The notes under the pieces: generated by a model | Databases searched by the model: none | Seen by the model: the letters and a program-made list of their open reading frames with translations, nothing else | Told to the model about the DNA's origin: nothing | In this document: positions 23,344-33,337 of the stretch, piece after piece | Layout: each line of letters starts with the position of its first letter | How positions within the stretch are numbered: the first letter of the stretch is position 1 | Assembly (NCBI GenBank): GCA_900544555.1 | Contig: UQWD01000008.1 | Location: 14,021-78,020, forward strand | Reading direction: 5' to 3' | Length of the DNA: 64,000 nucleotides | From: an uncultured Eubacteriales bacterium | GTDB taxonomy: Bacteria > Bacillota > Clostridia > Christensenellales > CAG-138 | Position numbers and translations under genes: made by a program

Positions 23344-24093
23344 ATGCTATATGGGTTTATCGCCGGGCTGGCGGTTATGGCGGCTGGCATTATCGGTTCA
23401 GCAGTGGCGCTTGTTTTCAAGCGCGTTTCTCATCGCGCAAATGATTGCATTATCGGCTACGCTGCGGGCGTTATGCTTGCGGCGGCTTTTGTCGGGCTGC
23501 TGCCCAACGTTTTCTACGGCCAGGATGTTATCGGCATTATCGCCGGAATAAGCGGCATTGCCGCCGGCGCGGTATCTATCACATTTGTCGACAGATTTGT
23601 GCCGCATATGCACCCCAACAACCGGGAGATGGATGAGAACAGCGATAAAAGGGGAAGGAATACTACGCTGCTTATCGTCATCGCCGTGGCCATTCATAAT
23701 ATACCCGAAGGGCTGGCGACCGGCATTTCCTTCAGTCAGGGCATAACGGACAGCGCGTTTCTCGTGGCTGTTTCAATGGCCGTTCAAAAATTTCCGGAAG
23801 GGCTTATAGTTACGTTTCCGCTGCTCGCGTCGGGCATGAAAAAGGGTAAGGCGTTTTTGCTTTCATGCCTGGTAGCGCTGATGATGCTTCCGGGCCTGGC
23901 GGCGGGCGTGCTATTGGGTGCGTTGCCGCCTTTGCTGGCCGCGTTTTTCTATGCCTTTACGTTTGGCGCAATTATTTATGTGGTCAGCGATGAGATCATT
24001 CCGGAATCGCACCACAACGGGTTTGAACGCTGGGCTACGTTTTCACTTATCGGCGGCATATTGACGGTGCTGCTTATAGAAATGCTAATTTAA
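23344..24093 (+). CDS. zupT: ZIP family metal transporter
   Basis: HNIPEGLA and FPEGL motifs; 8 TM segments. Confidence 0.8.
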   Translation: MLYGFIAGLAVMAAGIIGSAVALVFKRVSHRANDCIIGYAAGVMLAAAFVGLLPNVFYGQDVIGIIAGISGIAAGAVSITFVDRFVPHMHPNNREMDENSDKRGRNTTLLIVIAVAIHNIPEGLATGISFSQGITDSAFLVAVSMAVQKFPEGLIVTFPLLASGMKKGKAFLLSCLVALMMLPGLAAGVLLGALPPLLAAFFYAFTFGAIIYVVSDEIIPESHHNGFERWATFSLIGGILTVLLIEMLI

Positions 24094-24248
24094 CCAAAAC
24101 CGCCGGACCTGCTGTAATCCGGGTTCGTTTTTAGAATCAAAGTATGCTGGAATATCAGGGCCAGACATAAGGGTAAAGTAAAGCATTGACAAAGGCTTGT
24201 ACCCGAGTTAAAGTTGAACCCGTTGATATAAACCTTAGATATGGAATC

Positions 24249-24755
24249 TCATTCTACAACAGTGCCGGGCTTTGATGACGCCTCGGTAAGTAGCTGCTGT
24301 AACAAAAGCTTGTTTGAAAGCGCGCTCAAGGCGGCGCGAAGCGCACGTTGGGCAATGCCTTCATAATCCGTGAGGCCGCTGGCGTTGTGTATGCAATTTT
24401 CGAGCTGGGCGCAAAAACGATCGTAAGCATCCGGCAACGCGTACTCTTTTAACAGCATATCAATAAGCCCGCGAATTTCGGACAGGCTCAAAACGCGCTT
24501 AAGTATACCTATCATAATCAGATAAGCGACGTGTTCGCGCTCATATTTCTTTTTCACCGGAGGCCCTATAACCTTTTGTTTAACATAGTTATTAATCATC
24601 GTGGCAGTCGTCATACTGTAATCACCATCGGCCGAGAAGGGGGAAAGCGCCTTGTCAAGCACCAAAAGCACCTGGTCCATATATAATGAAAGCTCAGGCA
24701 GCTCACCCCACCGCGGGCAGTGAAAGCTTTTTAGGGAATTGGGCAACATATCCAT
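24249..24755 (-). CDS. MerR-like (DUF1836-type) small protein
   Basis: Segment INNYVKQKVIGPPVKKKYEREHVAYLIMIGILK resembles the MerR wing/dimerisation region; start moved to the ATG preceded by GGGAGG; paralogue of 30080-30688. Confidence 0.45.
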   Translation of the reverse strand: MDMLPNSLKSFHCPRWGELPELSLYMDQVLLVLDKALSPFSADGDYSMTTATMINNYVKQKVIGPPVKKKYEREHVAYLIMIGILKRVLSLSEIRGLIDMLLKEYALPDAYDRFCAQLENCIHNASGLTDYEGIAQRALRAALSALSNKLLLQQLLTEASSKPGTVVE

Positions 24756-24907
24756 GACGGTACCTCCCGAATGTAAACAATTATAGCATGGAGATGGCAA
24801 AACCGTCAAACCCTATTGACATGGCGGAGCGGGGGTTATATAATCCAAATAACATAGTATCCATAACTATGTTATAGAGATGGCAAAACTTGGCGAGAGG
24901 TAAAAAT

Positions 24908-25612
24908 ATGGAGCAGGTTAAGAAGGCGGTTGTATACGGCGATTCGCTGATGAAGGGAACCATAATGGATATGAGCTACCGCTATCATGCGGTGATGGAT
25001 GAGCGGCTTAAACGCTTTGAGAGCAGGTTTCCGGTACGGGTAACGAATAAATCGCGTTTTGGCAGTACGGTTGAGCGAGGATATCAAACGGTGGAGAAGG
25101 ATTTATCCGACGGCCTTAGCTGCGACTTAGCCGTTATTGAATTCGGCGGCAACGATTGTAATTTCAAGTGGAACGAGGTTGCGGCCGCGCCGGACAGGGA
25201 GCATGCGCCTATGACGGAACGACGGCGGTTTGAGGCGGTTTTGCGCCAGATGATAGCCGGCTTGCGCGCTCGTAAGATCACCCCTGTGCTGATGACGCTG
25301 CCGCCGATAGACGCGGAGCTGTACCTTTCTTTTTTAAAGCGCTCCGGCCTAGACTGCGATAACATCCTAAAATGGCTCGGCGACGTGCAGATGATATACC
25401 GGTTCCACGAGGGCTATTCTAACGCCGTCAAGCAAATAGGCGGTGAAACGGGCTGCTCGGTCGTGGATGTACGGGCGTATTTTCTGGATAAATTAAGATA
25501 CAGGGAACTGATATCTGTTGACGGCCTACACCCGAGCGAAAAGGGATATGCGCTTGTAGAGCAGGCGTTCACCGATTTCTGGAACAGCCGCGCTGCGGCA
25601 ATGCCCGCTTAA
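24908..25612 (+). CDS. SGNH/GDSL hydrolase
   Basis: VVYGDSL motif; start moved to the first ATG with an RBS. Confidence 0.6.
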   Translation: MEQVKKAVVYGDSLMKGTIMDMSYRYHAVMDERLKRFESRFPVRVTNKSRFGSTVERGYQTVEKDLSDGLSCDLAVIEFGGNDCNFKWNEVAAAPDREHAPMTERRRFEAVLRQMIAGLRARKITPVLMTLPPIDAELYLSFLKRSGLDCDNILKWLGDVQMIYRFHEGYSNAVKQIGGETGCSVVDVRAYFLDKLRYRELISVDGLHPSEKGYALVEQAFTDFWNSRAAAMPA

Positions 25613-26184
25613 ATACGTTCATAGCAGGTAAACACGCCGTTTAGGCGCGTGGCGCAATAGCCTCTGCCCGGCTGTGGTATCCATAGATAGAAATGGCGCT
25701 CAACCTTCGGGAAGCATCGGTTCATAATATAGCCGATAACCCCCCCGTGCGCGACCAGAATAACATCACGCCGCTCGGCTAAAAGCGGCTCAAAGGCGCG
25801 CCAAACGCGTTCGCTCCATTCATTCGAGCTTTCGCCTCCGGGGAAACGGGCGCTTCCGTTTGTGCATGCCAAAAACGCCTGATAGGGTGGAAGCTCCTTT
25901 AGCTCTTCGTGCGAACGCATTTCATATTCGCCAAGATGCTGTTCCGTAAGATCCGGAGCGATAAGATGCGGCCTTGAGCCGTATATGAGACGGAAGGTTT
26001 GTTCCGCACGGAGCATGCCGGAAGTATAAAGTGCGCGCCCTTCGGGGCTGGGATAAGCCCCCTCGCGCGTAAACTCCAGAAGCTGCCGCTTCCCCTCTTC
26101 ATTAAGGGGTACGTCGGTATCCGCGTAATACAAGTGTTTTTTCGCCGGTTCGGTCATTCCGTGCCTGATTAAATAAACGTTCAT
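25609..26184 (-). CDS. cobC: Histidine phosphatase family protein (alpha-ribazole phosphatase-like)
   Basis: MNVYLIRHGMTE phosphohistidine motif; lies within the cob operon; ATGA overlap with the upstream gene. Confidence 0.6.
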   Translation of the reverse strand: MNVYLIRHGMTEPAKKHLYYADTDVPLNEEGKRQLLEFTREGAYPSPEGRALYTSGMLRAEQTFRLIYGSRPHLIAPDLTEQHLGEYEMRSHEELKELPPYQAFLACTNGSARFPGGESSNEWSERVWRAFEPLLAERRDVILVAHGGVIGYIMNRCFPKVERHFYLWIPQPGRGYCATRLNGVFTCYERI

Positions 26185-26561
26185 TTGATCACCTGCGCTA
26201 TTGAACAAAACATGCGCGTTACATGCCGCGCCTCTTGTGCGAGCCGGTTCGCTATGCGCCCGCAAGCTTCGCGCCATTGCCGCATAATAGGCTCCATGGG
26301 GACGACGCCGCTTGAAATATCCGTCATTACAACTACCGCGTCCTTCAAATCTGGAAGCGCGGATAATACGCGTTCTTCAGGGTTTACGCCCTCCATCAGG
26401 CATGCGAATACGAATTTTTCAAGATAAAGGACAACCTTTTTTCGTGAATCAAGCACAATGCTGTCCATTTCGCAGATAAAGCAATCCTCCAAGCCCGCTC
26501 CCGTAAGGGCGCGCGCGTATTGCGCTTTCCCCTGGTATGCGCCCCCAATTATAAGCATCAT
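26181..26561 (-). CDS. Short degenerate CobU-like protein (127 aa)
   Basis: The N-terminus MMLIIGGAYQGKA mimics the CobU P-loop but reads GKA instead of GKS/T. The C-terminus VVVMTDISSGVVPME...AQVIK matches the CobU C-terminus. The central guanylyl-His region is missing. Confidence 0.5.
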   Translation of the reverse strand: MMLIIGGAYQGKAQYARALTGAGLEDCFICEMDSIVLDSRKKVVLYLEKFVFACLMEGVNPEERVLSALPDLKDAVVVMTDISSGVVPMEPIMRQWREACGRIANRLAQEARHVTRMFCSIAQVIK

Positions 26562-27316
26562 GTAAACACCCCCAATGACAGGATAATAACGCCGGCCAGT
26601 TCTCCCCACGTCAGCGCCCAGCCGGAAACATCGCCGTTAACGCCGCCGAGGGAAGCGGCGGCATACCACAGGCTCAGCCAATAAGCTGCGCAAACGCCAA
26701 GGCACAAAACCAAAAGCGCAGCTCCTCCCAGTAGAAAAGCGGAGACGGCGGCGATAAAGCTAATCACGCAAAGGGCGGCGATATGAGAAGGCCTAAGCTG
26801 ATTTTGGATCGTTCGATAACCGCTTTGCGGTAAAAGCGGCAGCGCCGCCATTGCCCACGCGGCGCAAACGCGAGAAAAAACGGGTATTAGAAACAACCCT
26901 TTCCAAACGAAGGGAACCGGGCTCAAGGATGCCGACGCGCCGTAAAACATCAGCAGAAGCAATGATAGCGCCATAACAGCAAAGGCCCCGGTATGCGGAT
27001 CTTTTAAGATGCGCCGCTTTTCCTCGACGCCGCGCCGGGAAAACACGGCGTCCGAAGTATCCATAAACCCGTCGAGATGAATACAGCCTGAGGCGGCGAA
27101 AGGGAGAACCGATGTAAGCGCGCCCGCGATAAAGTGCGGCAGCCCCAGCCGGTAAACGCCATACGCTAAAAGCGCCCAAAGCCCGCCTATGAACAGCCCG
27201 ACAACGGGTAGAAACAAAAGCTGAAAAATCCTTGCTCCTTCGTCCCAGCGGCAGGGGAAGGGGATGGATGTAAACATGGAGAAGGCCATCGAAAGGCCGT
27301 GCAGCAATTTTTTCAT
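26558..27316 (-). CDS. cobS: Adenosylcobinamide-GDP ribazoletransferase (cobalamin synthase)
   Basis: MFTSIPFP motif; multi-TM protein. Confidence 0.75.
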   Translation of the reverse strand: MKKLLHGLSMAFSMFTSIPFPCRWDEGARIFQLLFLPVVGLFIGGLWALLAYGVYRLGLPHFIAGALTSVLPFAASGCIHLDGFMDTSDAVFSRRGVEEKRRILKDPHTGAFAVMALSLLLLMFYGASASLSPVPFVWKGLFLIPVFSRVCAAWAMAALPLLPQSGYRTIQNQLRPSHIAALCVISFIAAVSAFLLGGAALLVLCLGVCAAYWLSLWYAAASLGGVNGDVSGWALTWGELAGVIILSLGVFT

Positions 27317-27855
27317 AAGGCCCCCTTATGAAGTATCCTGCCGCCATGTACAACCTCGATAACCGTACCGCAAATACCGGCCGTAAAAGCGTCGGTCAAC
27401 GCAAGCTCGCGGCGGTAGCGTTCCGTCATACTATCGTATACCGCAGCGTCACAATAGATATAATCGGATACGAAAACAATATTCGCCGCGTATTGAGTAA
27501 AAATACGTATCTGTTCGCGGACAGCTTCGCCGGCTTGTAAATCGGGCGGGCGGCCGGCTGGGAACATATGATTGGCTAACAGCGCGGTCAGGCTGTCTAT
27601 GAGAAAAACGCCGTTAAGATCGGCACCGTTCATGAGATCCGTAAGATTATAAGCCTGTTCAAGCGTAGTGAAGCCCCAGCCCGCGCGCTCCGCAATATGC
27701 CTTTGTATGCGCTCCTCATCCTCCGCGTCAGCCGGGATCATCGTGGCTACATAATATAATGCTAAGTTTTGTTCTTGAGAGATACGTTTGGCAATTCTCT
27801 GCGCTTGGGTTGATTTACCGTTCTTACAGCCGCCTGAAATGAATATGTGGCTCAT
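27313..27855 (-). CDS. cobU: Adenosylcobinamide kinase / adenosylcobinamide-phosphate guanylyltransferase
   Basis: P-loop SGGCKNGKST; 180 aa; translationally coupled within the operon. Confidence 0.6.
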   Translation of the reverse strand: MSHIFISGGCKNGKSTQAQRIAKRISQEQNLALYYVATMIPADAEDEERIQRHIAERAGWGFTTLEQAYNLTDLMNGADLNGVFLIDSLTALLANHMFPAGRPPDLQAGEAVREQIRIFTQYAANIVFVSDYIYCDAAVYDSMTERYRRELALTDAFTAGICGTVIEVVHGGRILHKGAL

Positions 27856-27857
27856 GC

Positions 27858-28943
27858 TTACACCCTAAAACTCTCATTTTTCCGAATTTCCTCAAGATAA
27901 CCGTCGTCAATTTCTGCCTGCTCGAATGTGGCCATGCGGTTCATTACCGCGCATGCGGCCTTTAGTACCATCACGGCCAGGGGGCATCCGCTGCCCTCTC
28001 CAAGCCGCATCCCCAAATCCAGCATGGGCTCAAGCCCGAGCCGGGATATGGCCGCGCTGTACCCGATTTCAAACGAACGGTGCGACGCGAACATATACTG
28101 TACGCTAAGGGGGTTGAGCGCGTGGGCGCAGACTGCGGCCACAGCGCTTATAAACCCATCGATAACGACGGGTACGCGGCAGATTGCCGCCCCGATAAAA
28201 ACGCCGGCCATTGCGCATAGGTCTAGCCCGCCAACCTCCGCGAGGACGCCGAGGACATCCGTCCCGGGCTTCAGCCTGCTCAGCGCGGCCCTTATGACCC
28301 GCTTTTTATGTTCATAAGCGCCGGGCGTAAGCCCGCCCCCCTTACCGACGGATTGCTCGACGGGTACGCCGCAAAGCGCACTTAACACCGCGCTTGAGGT
28401 AGTGGTGTTTCCTATCCCCATTTCGCCCACGCCGATAGCGCCGCACCCATCCTCAGCCGCACGGCGGGAAAGCGCAATGCCCGTCAAGATCGCGCGCTCC
28501 GCTTCGTTGCGCCGCATTGCGGGTTCACGATAGATATTGCCGGTGGATAGCCGTATTTTTCTGTCCAATACGCCTTTAAGAGGTTCTCGCGTGTTAACGC
28601 CTACGTCCACAACTTGTAACTCCATACCGAGCTCAGCGGCGATAACGGCAGCCCCGGTAACGCCGCGCGCAAGGTTTAAAGTCTGCATGAGGGTAACGGA
28701 TTGGGGTGCGCTAGAGACGCCCTCCGCGGTTACGCCGTTGTCCGCGCATAAAACGATTAGCCGAGTTCGTTCAATGGTATTGTTCAGCCTGCCCGTTATC
28801 CCGCATAAGCGGGCGGCGTACTCCTCCAGCCTGCCGAGGCTGCGCGGCGGCTTGGCCAGCGAATCAAGGCGCCGCCATGCTTTGTCAACAGCCTTTTCAT
28901 CTATCGGATAAATATTGTTTATCAGTTCATTAAGCTGCGTCAT
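27858..28943 (-). CDS. cobT: Nicotinate-nucleotide--dimethylbenzimidazole phosphoribosyltransferase
   Basis: GEMGIGNTT signature. Confidence 0.85.
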   Translation of the reverse strand: MTQLNELINNIYPIDEKAVDKAWRRLDSLAKPPRSLGRLEEYAARLCGITGRLNNTIERTRLIVLCADNGVTAEGVSSAPQSVTLMQTLNLARGVTGAAVIAAELGMELQVVDVGVNTREPLKGVLDRKIRLSTGNIYREPAMRRNEAERAILTGIALSRRAAEDGCGAIGVGEMGIGNTTTSSAVLSALCGVPVEQSVGKGGGLTPGAYEHKKRVIRAALSRLKPGTDVLGVLAEVGGLDLCAMAGVFIGAAICRVPVVIDGFISAVAAVCAHALNPLSVQYMFASHRSFEIGYSAAISRLGLEPMLDLGMRLGEGSGCPLAVMVLKAACAVMNRMATFEQAEIDDGYLEEIRKNESFRV

Positions 28944-28997
28944 CTAAAACTCCCGCTCCAATAGTCGCATCCGTGCAATCGGACGCGGTTAAAAAAT

Positions 28998-29006
28998 ATT
29001 ATAGCA
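28998..29006 (-). promoter_or_regulatory. Extended -10 element (TGcTATAAT) about 50 nt upstream of the cobT start
   Basis: Reverse complement of ATTATAGCA, seen directly. Confidence 0.35.
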
Positions 29007-29197
29007 CTGGTTGAGTTTTTTTTGAATGACCGCGCGGCATAAAATACGGTGAGATTAGAAAACAAATGCCGTTATAGCGGCTGTACGCTGTATCGGCGTT
29101 GCAATAGAATAATACAATAGATACTTAAAAGCGTTTTGGCAGCAATGTAATTCGTCAGCTTTTGGTATCAAATCAACAGAATTAGGAGTGATAAAGA

Positions 29198-29869
29198 ATG
29201 AATACCAGATTATTGTTTAGGGCGTTGATAAAATTCTTGTCCGGCTTGCTGCTTTTGGGATTATTGCTGTTTATCCCTGCAGGCACATTCCTGTATTGGA
29301 ATGCGTTATTATTGATAGCCGCGCTATTCTTTCCCATGATATTGGTTGGCGTCGTATTGTTTGTTGAAAATCCGATGCTTTTAGAAAAACGATTGAATAC
29401 GACTGAAAAAGAACCGGCGCAACGGTTGGTAATCATGCTGTCGGTGGTGATGTTTCTCGGCGGGTTTATCATTGCCGGACTCGATTTTCGATTTCAGTGG
29501 TTGCCCGTACCACTTGGAGTAGTTATTGCGGCAACAGTTATCTTCCTGCTTGCCTATGCTATGCATGCGGAAGTGTTGCGTGAGAACATGTTTTTATCCA
29601 GAACAGTCGAGGTACAGAAAGGTCAAAAGGTGGTAGATACCGGGCTATATGGAGTGGTGAGGCATCCAATGTATACTGCCACGCTTTTTTTGTTTTTATC
29701 AATGCCGCTCATACTGGGTTCATTTATATCATTTCTTTTTTTCTTGCTCTATCCAATACTGCTTGTACGACGGATAAAGAATGAGGAAAAGGTGCTGGAG
29801 TTAGGTTTAGAGGGATATACACAGTACAAACAACGCGTAAAGTACCGGCTAATTCCTTTTATATGGTAG
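29198..29869 (+). CDS. Isoprenylcysteine carboxyl methyltransferase (ICMT/PEMT) family membrane protein
   Basis: VRHPMYTATLFLFLSMP motif. Confidence 0.6.
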   Translation: MNTRLLFRALIKFLSGLLLLGLLLFIPAGTFLYWNALLLIAALFFPMILVGVVLFVENPMLLEKRLNTTEKEPAQRLVIMLSVVMFLGGFIIAGLDFRFQWLPVPLGVVIAATVIFLLAYAMHAEVLRENMFLSRTVEVQKGQKVVDTGLYGVVRHPMYTATLFLFLSMPLILGSFISFLFFLLYPILLVRRIKNEEKVLELGLEGYTQYKQRVKYRLIPFIW

Positions 29870-30079
29870 CGCTTTTGAATGCCATCGAGCATACAGCCAA
29901 TTGCTATAACATAAACCGGTGTGGGAAAATCCACATCGGCTTATATCTACTTATCTCAGGCCGCCGTAATCGTTGGTTTTACAAAAATTCATATGATGAT
30001 ATAAAATGTTTAATTGAATCATATTGACAATCAAATGAATGCATAATATAATCAATATATACTAAGTTGGAAGGGAGCG

Positions 30080-30688
30080 ATGGGATCTATGCGCATTGAA
30101 ATATGCAGCGATACCATTCCAGGTACTGTTTTGAAAAAGGAGAGCATGGAGAATGTTACCGGCCGTGAGTTTTTGGATAAGATCTTTTTTATTTCAAACG
30201 GCGTGATGCTTTCCCAAATCAAAGAAATCTCCGGGTTAGATGGTTCAACGCTGCAAAACTGGATAAAACGGGGATGGGTTGGAAGCGCCGTTAACAAACG
30301 GTATTCCAAGGATCAACTGGCCCGCATATTGATAATCAATATGATGCGCAAAAGCATGCAGCTGGAACGGATTGATTTTCTGCTCAGATATATAAACGGC
30401 AATCTGGATTGCAGGGAGGATGATATTATCCCCGAATCCGAGCTGTACGGCTACATATGCGCGCTGCTGGAGCTTATTGAGCGGGAGGATGCGTGCGGAG
30501 GCTCGCTGCGCGATAATATAGAAAAATGCGCGCAGAACTACAGCGAGCGGATAGCGGGCGCAAGGCTTAGGCTGATAAACGCGCTCGAGATCATCGTATG
30601 CTCCTATTACTCCTCGCTGATTCAGCTGCATTGCGACGATTTATATGCCGATTTGGCAGGGGGGGTCAATCATGGCGGATTGGTTTAA
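30080..30688 (+). CDS. MerR-like (DUF1836-type) protein upstream of nfeD-floT
   Basis: LSQIKEISGLDGSTLQNWIKRGWV (HTH-like) followed by NKRYSKDQLARILIINMMRK. Paralogue of 24249-24755. The start is ambiguous between 30080 and 30089. Confidence 0.45.
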   Translation: MGSMRIEICSDTIPGTVLKKESMENVTGREFLDKIFFISNGVMLSQIKEISGLDGSTLQNWIKRGWVGSAVNKRYSKDQLARILIINMMRKSMQLERIDFLLRYINGNLDCREDDIIPESELYGYICALLELIEREDACGGSLRDNIEKCAQNYSERIAGARLRLINALEIIVCSYYSSLIQLHCDDLYADLAGGVNHGGLV

Positions 30689-31268
30689 CAGCTTAACCTT
30701 ATTACAGCAGATTTATCTGATAATTGCCGCGCCGTCTACCATAATTCTGCTTTTGCAGACAATCTTTCTTTTGGCTGGCGTTGGCGGAGGCGACGCGGAC
30801 GCGGATGCTGGCGATATGCCGGAGACGGACGCTGGGGGCGGCGACGGCCTGGCCCTGTTCTCCATTCGCGGAATCATGGCGTTTTTGTGCGTAGGCGGAT
30901 GGAGCGGCATGGCGATTGCCGGCTCGGGCATGCCTGCCGCCGGGGCGGTTATTCTTTCAGCGGCGTGCGGGTTTTTAGCGCTGCTTAGTATGGCGTACCT
31001 GATGAAATTGGCGCTCAAGCTCCAATCCTCGGGAAATATTGATATTAAAAACGCCATAGGAAAGATTGGGGAGGTATACATACCCATTCCGGCTTCTAAA
31101 GGGGGGAGCGGCAAAATCAATATAATCGTGCAGGAAACCTATATGGAGGTATCCGCGGCGACTAGGGAACCGACAACGATAAAGACGCGCGAAATGGTAC
31201 GCGTAACAGACACGGAGGGAGCGGGGCTCGTTATCGTCGAAAGGTTGACGGATAAGGATAAAGCATAA
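30672..31268 (+). CDS. NfeD-like membrane protein (YuaF-like, C-terminal OB fold)
   Basis: N-terminal TM segments; Gly/Asp-rich linker; C-terminal beta-rich domain; sits immediately upstream of the flotillin gene. Confidence 0.55.
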   Translation: MADWFNSLTLLQQIYLIIAAPSTIILLLQTIFLLAGVGGGDADADAGDMPETDAGGGDGLALFSIRGIMAFLCVGGWSGMAIAGSGMPAAGAVILSAACGFLALLSMAYLMKLALKLQSSGNIDIKNAIGKIGEVYIPIPASKGGSGKINIIVQETYMEVSAATREPTTIKTREMVRVTDTEGAGLVIVERLTDKDKA

Positions 31269-31307
31269 AAGAATCGACCTAAAAAAATGATTCGAGGAGG
31301 AAATGTT

Positions 31308-32693
31308 ATGGATCCGATTATTGTCGTATTAATTACTGTATTAGCAGTGCTGCTTTTTACCACATTCATTCTCATATTATCACGGTATAAAAAATGCCCG
31401 TCCGATAAGGTCATGGTCATATACGGAAGGGTGGGAAGCAACCAGGACGGCACGCAGCGCAGCGCGAAGTGCATACACGGCGGGGCGGCGTTCGTTTGGC
31501 CGGTAGTTCAGGCTTACGAATACCTGGATTTAACGCCGATATCCATCAGCGTGGATTTAAAGAGCGCGCTGTCCCGGCAGAACATCCGTATCGACGTGCC
31601 TTCACGATTTACGGTTGGCATCTCTACCGAGACGGGCATTATGCAAAACGCGGCCGAGCGTCTGCTGGGGCTTAAGCTTGAGGAGGTACAAAAGCTTGCG
31701 GAGGATATTATTTTCGGCCAGCTCCGCCTCGTAATCGCCACGATGGATATTGAGGAAATTAATACCGACAGGGATAAATTCCTGGATGCGGTATCGGGCA
31801 ATGTGGAAACCGAACTCAAGAAAATTGGCTTGCGCCTTATTAACGTAAACGTAACGGATATCGACGATGAAAGCGGATATATTGTGGCGTTGGGCAAGGA
31901 GGCTGCGTCCAAAGCGATAAACGACGCCAAGGTATCTGTAGCCGAAGCGGACAGGGAGGGCGCCATCGGCGCGGCCAACGCGCAGCGCGATCAGCGTATC
32001 AGCGTATCAAAATCCAACTCGGAGGCCATACAGGGCGAGAACGAGGCGAAGGCGCACATCGCTCAATCCGAGGCCACGCGACGGGAATTGGAAGCGGACG
32101 CCCTCAGGCGCGCGACAGCCGCTGAAAATATCCAAACGGCCAGGGCGCAGCAGGAATCTTACGCGGCCCAGCGCCAGGCTGAGGAAGCCAGGGCGCTGCT
32201 GGAGAAAGCCAAGCTGGAGGCGGATATTCTTGTGAAGATGGAGATAGAGAAAAAGCGGCTTGAGCTTCAGGCGGAGGCGGAGGCGGAGCAGGTGCGACGC
32301 AGGGCAAGGGGCGATGCGGACGCCATACTCATGCGGCGGCGCGCTGAGGCGGACGGTATGCTGGAAATCCTGTCAAAGCAGGCCGAGGGCTTCAATAAGC
32401 TGGTGCAGTCCGCGAACGGCGATTCCAGCGACGCGATACGGCTCATGGTCGCCGATAAGCTGGAAGAGCTTGTTAAAATTCAGGTCGACGCGATTAAGAA
32501 CATCAAAATCGATAAGGTTACCGTATGGGATTCGGCGGGCGCGCACGATAACGGCAAGGGAGCCACGGCAAACTTTCTGTCCGGGCTGCTCAAATCCATA
32601 CCGCCCATGAATGAAATGTTTGATATGGCGGGGATGCAGCTCCCCCAGTATTTGGGAACGCCTAAGGAGGAAGGCGCGCGGCCGGAGGCGTAA
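31308..32693 (+). CDS. floT: Flotillin (SPFH/band-7 domain, FloT-like)
   Basis: N-terminal TM segment; SPFH domain; long EA-repeat coiled coil; RBS GAGGAGG. Confidence 0.8.
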   Translation: MDPIIVVLITVLAVLLFTTFILILSRYKKCPSDKVMVIYGRVGSNQDGTQRSAKCIHGGAAFVWPVVQAYEYLDLTPISISVDLKSALSRQNIRIDVPSRFTVGISTETGIMQNAAERLLGLKLEEVQKLAEDIIFGQLRLVIATMDIEEINTDRDKFLDAVSGNVETELKKIGLRLINVNVTDIDDESGYIVALGKEAASKAINDAKVSVAEADREGAIGAANAQRDQRISVSKSNSEAIQGENEAKAHIAQSEATRRELEADALRRATAAENIQTARAQQESYAAQRQAEEARALLEKAKLEADILVKMEIEKKRLELQAEAEAEQVRRRARGDADAILMRRRAEADGMLEILSKQAEGFNKLVQSANGDSSDAIRLMVADKLEELVKIQVDAIKNIKIDKVTVWDSAGAHDNGKGATANFLSGLLKSIPPMNEMFDMAGMQLPQYLGTPKEEGARPEA

Positions 32694-32734
32694 GCGGTTA
32701 AACGCGTACTAAGCAAAGTAAAGGAGAATAGTTC

Positions 32735-33337
32735 ATGTTTCAAACGGCGATAGGGGTAACAATACCTTTTCCCGAAAGGGTTGGGGAAGGGTACCGGATT
32801 ACGGACGGCGCGGTCCGGGCGAGTGTCAGCTTTGAAAAGCTTGACGCGGTTATACGCGAATTTATCAGTTTGATAGAGGAACCGATGTTCTTAGCGCTTC
32901 ATATCCCTCTCCCGGAAGGCGCGACCGAGGAAATGAGCGTTTACGGCGAGGGTACCGGCAGCGTATACGAACAAGTGATGTATCTGGATCAATGTTCAAG
33001 AGAACAGATGCTGTATGTGTATAATACCTTTGGCGGGATATTCCTGGCCGACGGCGTATCGCAGTTTGCGATTGCCTCGCATAAGAGTGGGGATGAGATG
33101 TTTGTTCAGCTTTTTAAAATCGTGGATTTTCTCGGCGAGGGGAGGCTGCGTTATACCTCTTTGCTGGAAAAGCACGGGATTTACCCGTCGGATGGTTTGT
33201 TAACCGCCTGGGACGTACTTGATAAGGAGCATCCGGGCAAGTGCCGGTTGGTGAAGGTGCTCGGAACAACCATTTACGACGCGGTGGAAAGGCTAAAGGA
33301 GTTCGGCCTGTATGCCGCCGGGGTTATTGAGCGTTAA
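32735..33337 (+). CDS. Hypothetical protein (200 aa) downstream of floT
   Basis: Good RBS AAAGGAG; no recognisable family. Confidence 0.5.
   Translation: MFQTAIGVTIPFPERVGEGYRITDGAVRASVSFEKLDAVIREFISLIEEPMFLALHIPLPEGATEEMSVYGEGTGSVYEQVMYLDQCSREQMLYVYNTFGGIFLADGVSQFAIASHKSGDEMFVQLFKIVDFLGEGRLRYTSLLEKHGIYPSDGLLTAWDVLDKEHPGKCRLVKVLGTTIYDAVERLKEFGLYAAGVIER

Noticed and set aside
28944-29197. Expected cobalamin riboswitch upstream of the cobT operon
   Set aside because: The leader is only about 50 nt from a TGcTATAAT element to the ATG, and no B12-box (GCCACTG-like) is present on the minus strand.
32262-32290. (GCGGAG)x3 hexanucleotide tandem repeat inside floT
   Set aside because: It encodes part of the EA-rich coiled coil typical of flotillins. 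It is not a separate repeat element or CRISPR-like.
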